Source: Candidatus Woesearchaeota archaeon
GTDB taxonomy: Archaea; Nanobdellota; Nanobdellia; CAYMVK01; CAYYFB01
DNA length: 8,208 nt
Direction of reading: 5' to 3'
Assembly: GCA_964622145.1 (NCBI GenBank)
Contig: CAZUOK010000007.1
Span: 1 to 8,208, forward strand
Position numbers and translations under genes: made by a program. The notes below the pieces were generated by a model that had not been told where the DNA came from, did not search any database, and saw only the letters and a list, made by a program, of their open reading frames with translations. Numbering within the stretch: position 1 is the first letter of the stretch; each line of letters opens with the position of its first letter. This document shows, one piece after another, positions 1 through 6,026 of this stretch.

Positions 1-1
1 A

Positions 2-1336
2 AGGAGGAAAGATTCGGAAAGATTATTTTATTTTATTGATCCTCCAGAATTTCATCTTTCTTTAAAAGAGATAAAAGAAATACTGCTTGCTGTTTTGAAG
101 GGGGAAGTATCGAAGGATGTTGAGGATGTATACAAGAGGTACATGGAGGGATTGGGGATTATAGAACTTTTGGTTAGGGATGGGAATGTTGAGGATGTGT
201 TTGTTTCGTCGGTGGATGGAAGGGTGTACGTAAATCACAAGAGGTATGGTCTCATGGATACGAACTTGAAACTAAATAGTAGAGATATATCTAGGATAAA
301 TATAAGGGTAAGGGAGATATCTGGAAGGCCTTTTGATGAGGGAGTACCTGTAATACACCTTTCGCTTGGTAAAGCTAGGATAACTGGGATAAGGGAGCCG
401 TTTACATTCAAGGGTGTTGGTTATGCTGTTAGGATACACGAGAAGGTCTCCTGGACGCTTCCAAAACTAATAAAAAACAGAATGCTCGACGAAAAGGTTG
501 GAGCGCTTCTAAGTGTTCTTGTGGATTCCTTTTCAACAATCCTGATAACTGGTCCTAGAGGTGCTGGGAAGACCTCCCTTCTATCCGCCCTCCTGTTTGA
601 GATACCGAAGACGGAGAGGATAATTGTAATTGAGGATACTGCAGAGCTTCCTGTTGAGGAAATGGTGAGGGCAGGCTATGTGGTTGAGCATATAAGGATA
701 TCTGCTTGGGACAGTGAGTACGAAATGTCTCCAGAAGAAGCCCTTAGAGCTAGTTTAAGACTTGGAGAAAGCTTCCTGATAATAGGGGAGGTTAGGGGGA
801 AGGAGGCGATAACACTGTTTGAGGCTATGAGGATAGGGGCTGCTGGAAACACTGTTATGGGGACCATCCACGGGAGTTCTGCTGAGGATGTCTTTGACAG
901 GATTGTAAACGAAATTGGAATACCAAAGACATCCTTCAAAGCTACGGACTTTATAATATCTGTAAACAATCTCAGGCTTGGAGAAAGTACCAAGAGGATT
1001 AGGAGGCTTATTGAAGTAAAAGAGGTTGGAAAGGATTGGAGGGAAGATCCTAGGATTGAGGGAGGATTCTTGGATATCGTTATCTACGACAGGTTTAGGG
1101 ATAAGTGGATTGTTAAGAACTTGGAAAAATCTTCAGGAATAAGGAAAATACTTTTCGTCAGGGGGTGGAAGTTTGATGAATTTAAAGAAGTTCTAAAGGC
1201 TAGGGAGGAGCTCCTTAGGAAATGTATAAGAAAGGGGATTTTGGATCCCTTGGATTACTCAAAAGCAAAATCTCTTTATTACAAGCTTGTTGAGGAAGGC
1301 TTTTCACCAAAGGAGGCAGTTTCGAAGGTGGTTTGA
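2..1336 (+). CDS. Type IV filament / secretion ATPase of the GspE-PilB-FlaI(ArlI)-VirB11 superfamily, 5'-partial
   Basis: The frame of track ORF 95..1336 stays open back to nt 2 (RRKDSERLFYFIDPPEFHLSLKEIKEILLAV precedes LKGEV). The TTG at 95 is therefore an ORF-caller artefact and the window edge truncates the gene. All four signature boxes are present: Walker A GPRGAGKTS, Asp box IIVIEDTAEL, Walker B FLIIGEVRGKEA, His box GTIHGSSAEDVFDRI. Confidence 0.9.
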   Translation, partial: RRKDSERLFYFIDPPEFHLSLKEIKEILLAVLKGEVSKDVEDVYKRYMEGLGIIELLVRDGNVEDVFVSSVDGRVYVNHKRYGLMDTNLKLNSRDISRINIRVREISGRPFDEGVPVIHLSLGKARITGIREPFTFKGVGYAVRIHEKVSWTLPKLIKNRMLDEKVGALLSVLVDSFSTILITGPRGAGKTSLLSALLFEIPKTERIIVIEDTAELPVEEMVRAGYVVEHIRISAWDSEYEMSPEEALRASLRLGESFLIIGEVRGKEAITLFEAMRIGAAGNTVMGTIHGSSAEDVFDRIVNEIGIPKTSFKATDFIISVNNLRLGESTKRIRRLIEVKEVGKDWREDPRIEGGFLDIVIYDRFRDKWIVKNLEKSSGIRKILFVRGWKFDEFKEVLKAREELLRKCIRKGILDPLDYSKAKSLYYKLVEEGFSPKEAVSKVV

Positions 1337-1485
1337 TGAAGATTGAAAGGATTGCTTTGGAAGAGATTATTAGGATGATAAGAGAAATTGAAAAGGAACT
1401 TCACAGACTAAACCTAGAGATAAGGAGCATAAGGGAGGAATTGGATCTAATAAAGGCAAAACTTTTAAATAAAAGGAGGCAATGA
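1336..1485 (+). CDS. Small 49-aa coiled-coil protein (MKIERIALEEIIRMIREIEKELHRLNLEIRSIREELDLIKAKLLNKRRQ), function unknown
   Basis: Translated by hand; it is too short for the ORF track. Its ATG overlaps the ATPase stop as ATGA (1334-1338), with GGTGG 5 nt upstream. Its last codons contain AAAGGAGG (1472-1479), a candidate SD for the ATG at 1492. Hydrophobic residues follow a heptad pattern. Confidence 0.5.
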   Translation: MKIERIALEEIIRMIREIEKELHRLNLEIRSIREELDLIKAKLLNKRRQ

Positions 1486-1491
1486 AAGGTT

Positions 1492-3435
1492 ATGATCTTC
1501 CCTTTCTTGCCCCTTCCTGGAGTGGGTGGGGGAACCATCGCTAGCAAAGTCATTGCAAAACCTGCAGCTGCAATTGCTAGGAGGATTGGGAGGGCCTTGA
1601 TAGTTAATTCCTCCAATTGGTTTAGGAAGAAATTTGGAGGTCTGAAAGCTTTCTTGAACAAAAACAAAGATTTGGTTTCTTTTGGTCTACAAACTATTGG
1701 AATGCTACTTATGCTTACAAAGATCCCTCCCTTAATGGCAATAGGGTCCGGAATGGTAATAGCTGGAGGACTTATGACAGGTGACTGGAAAACAACACTT
1801 GTAATGCTTGGGATAGGCCTTGTTGGGTTTGGGCACGTTGCAGGATCTTTAAACCTTTCATGGCTGGCTTCGGCTCTTAGTCATCTCGGAAGGGCATCCA
1901 TGTTCCTAAGTTCTGCCGGATTCTTTTTGGATGGGTTCAAGAGGCTTAGAAGAGGGGATATAAGTACTGGATTGGAGAGTATGGCAATGGGACTTCTAGG
2001 ACTCTCTGAGGGGCCTTTTGGGGTGATGACAAGGGGATTGTTAAGGATGATGGCAAGTGGGATGTTCGTGTCCTCCGGAGCTCTCGAAATTAAGAAAGGG
2101 AATGTGGTTTATGGAGCTTTATCAGTAGGGTTTGGTTTGGTGATAGGGAGGGTTGGGAGGATAGAGTACAAGTACGGAAGGGTTGGAGGTGAGGTTGATG
2201 CCTTCCTCAGAGAAAGAGTATACAAAGGAGTGGCTGGAGAAGAGGCTGGAAGAGTTGAAGTCAGAGCTAAGAGGAGAATTCTTAGAAAGATTGCGAGACT
2301 TGGAGGAAAGATTTTCAAGAGAATTGGAAGAAGTTTCAAAGGAATTGGACGCTTTGGAAGAAGAATTCTTTCAAGAGCTGGAAAGATTGGAGACATTATT
2401 GTTAAGGGAATTGGAAAAGTGGGAAAAGCGATTAAGAGATTCTTTATCAAAGGAATTCAAAAAGTGGGAGGAATCTTTGTCAGAGGAATTGGAGAAATTA
2501 GACAAAGTGGTGAAAGAGCTGTTAGACTTTCTGTGAGGGGGGAGAGGTATTTCATAGAAAGATTGGCTAGGAGATACAGATCCTTTGTTGCAAGGACAAC
2601 GGATGGGATACTGAAGTGGTTCTTTGGTAAGGGAAAAAGGGTTGTTGTGGACACAAATTCGATAAGGGGAGGGTTTAAGTTCGTTGATGCAGTTGTCCTG
2701 GAAAAGGGGAAAGGAGGGGTGTACGTTGATGTATACGATGTCAAAACAAGGGCTTTGCCACTGGAAGATATAGGGGAAAAGGCCCTTAATAGATATCTTA
2801 ACAGGGATATTCCAAAGCTTGGATCTGTTGGGGCGAGAAATCTTGAGGGGGCTTTCTCAAAGGTAGATAGGAGATTGTGGAGGGTATTTAGGAATGCCAG
2901 GATAAGGAAAAGGACTCTTGTAATAATAGATGGAGCTAACAAGGTTGTTACACCAAGGTCTTTAGAAAAGAAAGCAAGAATTCTGTCAAAAATCCTAAGG
3001 AGGTCTAGGAGATATGGTGTTAGGATTAAGAGCATAACGAATTACTTGGGACCTGCTGTTGGGAAACCTTTTGTAAGGAAATCAAGGAAGGTGGAAAGGT
3101 CTATTAGAAAAGTATTTGGGAGGATTAGGTCAAGACTAAGGAGGATAAGATCGGGTGTTATCAGAAGATTGTTTAAAAGACCCTCAAGACTGAGATGGTA
3201 TAGAAGTTCTGTTAAAAGAACTTTGAGGAGATCCTTAAGAAGGACTAGAAATAGGATTAGAGGAAGAACATTCTTAAGAAGAGTGAGACCCAAGATATCT
3301 AGAAGGTATGCATCTTTTAGGAGGTCGATTTCTAGGTGGTATAGGAGGAGAAGGTCCTGGATATCCAGGAAGTACAGATCTTTTAGGAGGTCTATCTCGA
3401 GGTGGTTTAGGAGTTTTTTTGGAAGGCGTAGGTAA
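1492..3435 (+). CDS. 647-aa multi-domain membrane protein of unknown function: N-terminal glycine-zipper TM region, cationic G-I-G repeat region, globular middle, arginine-rich tail
   Basis: An uninterrupted 1.9-kb ORF in AT-rich DNA, preceded by an SD motif. Residues ~60-235 carry several Gly-rich hydrophobic segments (GSGMVIAGGLMTG, GIGLVGFGHVAG, AMGLLGLSEGPFG, GALSVGFGLVIGRVG). Residues ~262-340 hold KRIGRSF/KGIGRFG/KGIGKVG/RGIGEIR repeats. By hand count the last 120 residues contain 46 Arg, 7 Lys and 1 Glu. I recognise no family. Confidence 0.8.
   Translation: MIFPFLPLPGVGGGTIASKVIAKPAAAIARRIGRALIVNSSNWFRKKFGGLKAFLNKNKDLVSFGLQTIGMLLMLTKIPPLMAIGSGMVIAGGLMTGDWKTTLVMLGIGLVGFGHVAGSLNLSWLASALSHLGRASMFLSSAGFFLDGFKRLRRGDISTGLESMAMGLLGLSEGPFGVMTRGLLRMMASGMFVSSGALEIKKGNVVYGALSVGFGLVIGRVGRIEYKYGRVGGEVDAFLRERVYKGVAGEEAGRVEVRAKRRILRKIARLGGKIFKRIGRSFKGIGRFGRRILSRAGKIGDIIVKGIGKVGKAIKRFFIKGIQKVGGIFVRGIGEIRQSGERAVRLSVRGERYFIERLARRYRSFVARTTDGILKWFFGKGKRVVVDTNSIRGGFKFVDAVVLEKGKGGVYVDVYDVKTRALPLEDIGEKALNRYLNRDIPKLGSVGARNLEGAFSKVDRRLWRVFRNARIRKRTLVIIDGANKVVTPRSLEKKARILSKILRRSRRYGVRIKSITNYLGPAVGKPFVRKSRKVERSIRKVFGRIRSRLRRIRSGVIRRLFKRPSRLRWYRSSVKRTLRRSLRRTRNRIRGRTFLRRVRPKISRRYASFRRSISRWYRRRRSWISRKYRSFRRSISRWFRSFFGRRR
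2275..2511 (+). repeat. Imperfect purine-rich repeat of roughly 21 nt (heptad-like) inside the 647-aa CDS
   Basis: The core GAATTGGA recurs exactly at 2321, 2342, 2408 and 2486, with variants at 2384 and 2452. It encodes [KR]-G-I-G-[KR] units. The tract is open in two sense frames and on the antisense strand. Confidence 0.6.
3301..3411 (+). repeat. Two copies of a 45-nt unit spaced 66 nt apart, inside the Arg-rich tail
   Basis: 3301-3345 and 3367-3411 align at 36/45 nt by hand. They encode RRYASFRRSISRWYR and RKYRSFRRSISRWFR. Five of the differing codons are synonymous (aga/agg, tat/tac, tcg/tct, att/atc, tct/tcg). Confidence 0.75.
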
Positions 3436-3859
3436 TTTCTCTTTTCAAGAAATCCAATACCTTTCTAACAATCCTCATTTCAACACCTATCTTTCTCATA
3501 ATTCTTTCGATGTCTTTATCTCTTAGCCCAGCCTTTTTCATAGAAAGGATTGTCCTAACAACGTTTCTCAAGTAAATCTCCCTTATCCTCCCTCTCTTTT
3601 CTCCGTACTTGAAGGTCGCTGTGAAGGTCAGTATCCTACTAATAACATCTGAGGAAAAACCGACCGTAAAGGAGTACAGGCAAAGAATTTGTTTTGATGT
3701 TCCGAGGAGGTAGTAGGTGTTTGAAAATAGGTAGGCTGATAGAGATATCAGAATGATAAAGGAAAAGAATTCTCTTAAAACATCATTCCTTGAAGGCCTT
3801 GTGAGGATTTCCCCTAGCAGCACTCCAAGTATAAAAGATATTGCCTCCTCCACAAACAC
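3407..3859 (-). CDS. Small membrane protein (about 3 TM segments) with a basic helical C-terminal domain, function unknown
   Basis: It is the only ORF covering 3436-3860. Hydrophobic segments are ISFILGVLLGEIL, FFSFIILISLSAYLF and ILCLYSFTVGF, followed by GRIREIYLRNVVRTILSMKKAGLRDKDIERIMRKIGVEMRIVRKVLDFLKRE. The track start at 3997 would run through the TATA box and the start of the divergent gene at 3906. GTG starts at 3859 or 3853 fit a leaderless start 22-28 nt from the TATA centre. The 3' end overlaps the 647-aa gene convergently by 29 nt. Confidence 0.55.
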   Translation of the reverse strand: MFVEEAISFILGVLLGEILTRPSRNDVLREFFSFIILISLSAYLFSNTYYLLGTSKQILCLYSFTVGFSSDVISRILTFTATFKYGEKRGRIREIYLRNVVRTILSMKKAGLRDKDIERIMRKIGVEMRIVRKVLDFLKREITYAFQKNS

Positions 3860-3874
3860 CTCTTCCTCGGAAAT

Positions 3875-3886
3875 CCTTATAAAAAG
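3875..3886. promoter_or_regulatory. Shared A/T-rich TATA element between two divergent, apparently leaderless genes
   Basis: CCTTATAAAAAG reads TTATAAAAA on the plus strand and TTTTTATAA on the minus strand. Its centre (~3881) lies 25 nt from the ATG at 3906 and 22-28 nt from the GTGs at 3859/3853. This matches the archaeal spacing of about -26 between TATA box and transcription start. Confidence 0.55.
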
Positions 3887-3905
3887 ATCACCGAAGTAAC
3901 AGGTT

Positions 3906-4403
3906 ATGAGGGGTGTTGAGGCGGCACCTTTGGCGTATGTTCTAGCGGCAATATCTGTTGTAATAGCCCTCTCAATACTCGTCATGATGGGGACCACTAT
4001 AAAGGGAGGGGTGAAAGAGGCTACGGAGACGATAAACGAATCGATAGTTGAGGGTGTTAGGAGGGCATCTCAAGAGTTATCAGAGACTTTTGGAGAGGAG
4101 GATCAGATTGTTATAGATTCTGTTAACAAAACAAATAAGACAATTTACTTCAGTGTTTTCAACTGGAGAAATGCTGAGAAGTTTGATGTAGTAATAAAGG
4201 ATAAGTCTGGAACAGAGGAAAAGAAAGATCTCCAAATTGTTGACTACTGCGAGTCAAAAGATCTGGATGGAGATGGAAAGGTTGATGATCTTAACTGTAA
4301 ATATAAATCGGATCTTGAAAAGATGACATCAGGGATATTGGAGATATATCTGAAGAGTTCTGATGGGAAGGTGCTTTCACAGCAGAAATACATTTACAAG
4401 TGA
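3906..4403 (+). CDS. Pilin-like protein P1, a candidate class III signal peptide protein and possible major subunit
   Basis: The N-terminus MRG-VEAAPLAYVLAAISVVIALSILV is a short basic leader ending in R-G followed by a hydrophobic helix of about 22 residues. The rest is hydrophilic, with sequons NES, NKT and NKT. Cys115 and Cys131 bracket DLDGDGKVDD. It is the first gene after a well-spaced TATA box. Confidence 0.7.
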   Translation: MRGVEAAPLAYVLAAISVVIALSILVMMGTTIKGGVKEATETINESIVEGVRRASQELSETFGEEDQIVIDSVNKTNKTIYFSVFNWRNAEKFDVVIKDKSGTEEKKDLQIVDYCESKDLDGDGKVDDLNCKYKSDLEKMTSGILEIYLKSSDGKVLSQQKYIYK

Positions 4404-4407
4404 TCAG

Positions 4408-4860
4408 ATGGTAGAGGAAGAGATATTTAGACCAATTTTAATTTCCCTTTTGATTACAATGACTGCACTTTTAGGTTCAAATGTAATATACAACTTTATT
4501 CTTTCTCAAAAGATTGGAAGATTCTACAAGCAGGTAAATGATATGATAAGGACGATGATTTATATGAGAAATTATCTTGAGAAACCTTCCTTCATGAGAT
4601 TTTACATAGAAATCCCCTCCTACTGCCATTTATCAATAGATAATAGTTCAAACACAATTTCTTATGGATGTTCTGGAAAGAGGTACAAGATTCCAATGAA
4701 ACAATACAAAATAGAAATACTTTTGATAAAAGGAGGAAAAAATTGCAATATAAACAATGGAAGATTCCTACATGGAGAATACAATATTGTACTGGCTTAT
4801 GTTGAAAAAATTCCAGGGGAAAAACAGGAATGCGTGGTGTATTTTGATGATATCTCTTGA
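4408..4860 (+). CDS. Pilin-like protein P2
   Basis: Starting at the ATG 4 nt after the P1 stop places a hydrophobic helix at the N-terminus (MVEEEIFRPILISLLITMTALLGSNVIYNFIL). The protein has 4 Cys and an NSS sequon. Its C-terminal motif VEKIPGEKQEC resembles SEKIPGKIMRC in P4. The track start at 4363 would overlap P1 by 41 nt and bury the helix. Confidence 0.6.
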   Translation: MVEEEIFRPILISLLITMTALLGSNVIYNFILSQKIGRFYKQVNDMIRTMIYMRNYLEKPSFMRFYIEIPSYCHLSIDNSSNTISYGCSGKRYKIPMKQYKIEILLIKGGKNCNINNGRFLHGEYNIVLAYVEKIPGEKQECVVYFDDIS

Positions 4861-5176
4861 GTTTATCATTGAGATTTTTGAATTCTTCCTGTTCGTCTAT
4901 CTACTTATCTTTTTCCAAAAAACTATTTATTTCTTCAGAGAAATGAAGAAGAGTGTTGAGGGAGAAATGATATGCAGCTTGATAAATTTATTGTATGCAA
5001 AGGGGGGAGAAATAAAGCTACATCTTGTGGAGAAAACAGAAATAAAAGGAAATATACTGAATTATTCTGGATTTATATGCTATTCAAAGGGATTTTGCAA
5101 CGAATTTTTTGGATCAGGTTATATAAAGTTTAGATTGAACGGATCTTGCATAGAGGTGGTGGCTTACAATGATTGA
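4847..5176 (+). CDS. Pilin-like protein P3
   Basis: The in-frame ATG at 4847 gives MISLEFIIEIFEFFLFVYLLIFF. Its xxSxEF start resembles the QxSxEF core of archaeal class III signal peptide proteins. It overlaps P2 by 14 nt and has 4 Cys. The upstream part of the track ORF (4757 onward) lies inside P2. Confidence 0.55.
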   Translation: MISLEFIIEIFEFFLFVYLLIFFQKTIYFFREMKKSVEGEMICSLINLLYAKGGEIKLHLVEKTEIKGNILNYSGFICYSKGFCNEFFGSGYIKFRLNGSCIEVVAYND

Positions 5177-5528
5177 CAGGGTTTTGGAATCCCTAATAAT
5201 CTTATTCTTGTTTTTTATCACAATACTCTCAATTCATGCAAAGATTATGGAAGACTTTAAATATTTTAGAAAACTGTCAAAACTTTTCAGATCGTTATCA
5301 GAAATAGAGCTAATTTGCAAAGAATCAACAGGAAACCCACTTTATTTTAACTTATCAGACATAAAAGAATATGATTTAATTGTTGAGACATTTGAAAATG
5401 GAAGCGTAAGAGTTTACTGTGGAAGTGGTGGTTGTGAGATCTCAGACAGGATCTGTTTTGGGTTGCCAGCTGTTATTTTAAAAGGATCTGAAAAGATACC
5501 TGGGAAAATTATGAGGTGTCTTAAATGA
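5169..5528 (+). CDS. Pilin-like protein P4
   Basis: The N-terminus is MIDRVLESLIILFLFFITILSI. It overlaps the P3 stop by 8 nt, and GAGGTGG lies about 10 nt upstream. It has 5 Cys and sequons NLS and NGS. Confidence 0.6.
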   Translation: MIDRVLESLIILFLFFITILSIHAKIMEDFKYFRKLSKLFRSLSEIELICKESTGNPLYFNLSDIKEYDLIVETFENGSVRVYCGSGGCEISDRICFGLPAVILKGSEKIPGKIMRCLK

Positions 5529-5995
5529 GGTCGATTCCAATAATAATATTTTGGATTCTAGCCCTATCTTTTTTCATATTCTATCCTACAGGAAGATCTC
5601 ATGAAAATCTCCTAAAAACTCTTTACTACAAGGAATATTACAAGAGATTTCTTGACGTCTTGATTGAAACAAGAGAAAATGAACTTAAAGAGCTGGGGAA
5701 TCTTATAAGAGAGAGCGGCTGTTACAATAAAACAGTTGTTGAAAAGATAAGAGAAATTGGGAGTGTATACAAGATGTACAGGAAGGGAAATTATGAAATA
5801 TTATTTGGAATTTCTGTAAGATCAAAGAGCACAAATTGTTACATCTATTACAACAGCACCTGCCTTTGTTTCTATGAAGAATTCAAGGATCCTCTTGGTA
5901 GAGGAGAAGTGATTCTTGTTGAGGAAGCTGGAAAGGTATCCAGGAAGGTAAACATTTCTTTTATCGAGGAGGTCTCAATTGGGTACTTCAGATAA
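5525..5995 (+). CDS. Pilin-like or membrane-anchored extracellular protein P5
   Basis: The N-terminus is MRSIPIIIFWILALSFFIFYP. It overlaps the P4 stop as ATGA, and GAGGTG lies 8 nt upstream. It has 4 Cys and sequons NKT, NST and NIS. Confidence 0.6.
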   Translation: MRSIPIIIFWILALSFFIFYPTGRSHENLLKTLYYKEYYKRFLDVLIETRENELKELGNLIRESGCYNKTVVEKIREIGSVYKMYRKGNYEILFGISVRSKSTNCYIYYNSTCLCFYEEFKDPLGRGEVILVEEAGKVSRKVNISFIEEVSIGYFR

Positions 5996-6008
5996 CTTTA
6001 TTTATACT
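5996..6008 (+). promoter_or_regulatory. TATA element for a leaderless transcript starting at about 6027
   Basis: TTTATTTATA (5997-6006) is centred about 25-26 nt upstream of the ATG at 6027, directly after the P5 stop. Confidence 0.5.
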
Positions 6009-6026
6009 TCTTGAGAATCTGTTTTT

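Noticed and set aside
95-97. TTG proposed as the ATPase start
   Set aside because: The frame is open to nt 2, and the upstream residues (FYFIDPPEF...LKEIKEIL) look like the usual N-terminal domain of this ATPase family. The gene is cut by the window edge.
676-993. 105-aa minus-strand ORF inside the ATPase gene
   Set aside because: It lies entirely antisense to a CDS with strong ATPase motifs. Its sequence is low-complexity S/L/I-rich, which fits a shadow ORF.
1401-1667. 88-aa minus-strand ORF spanning the junction of the small ORF and the 647-aa gene
   Set aside because: It is antisense to two coupled sense ORFs and to the SD motif, and shows no signals of its own.
2025-2031. GTGATGA C-box-like motif (also TTGATGA at 1333 and 4844), considered as C/D box sRNA candidates
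   Set aside because: I found no CTGA D box at the appropriate distance, no terminal stem, and all three sites lie within coding sequence.
2109-3293. Three minus-strand ORFs (2109..2450, 2457..3035, 3042..3293)
   Set aside because: They are antisense to the purine-rich 647-aa gene. The pyrimidine-rich antisense strand simply lacks stop codons, and the products are L/P/S/T low-complexity sequences.
3308-3526. 72-aa plus-strand ORF (MHLLGGRFLGGIGGEGPG...)
   Set aside because: It is an alternative frame of the Arg-rich tail (AGG/AGA read as GG/GR) and runs into the minus-strand gene. It has no start signals.
3860-3997. Upstream extension of the minus-strand membrane-protein ORF to the GTG at 3997
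   Set aside because: It would overlap the P1 start by 92 nt and read through the shared TATA box. The extension is antisense to P1's conserved hydrophobic helix.
4363-4407. ATG at 4363 as the P2 start
   Set aside because: It overlaps P1 by 41 nt and puts a 15-residue polar stretch lacking a K/R-G site before the helix. It remains possible and needs experimental N-terminus data.
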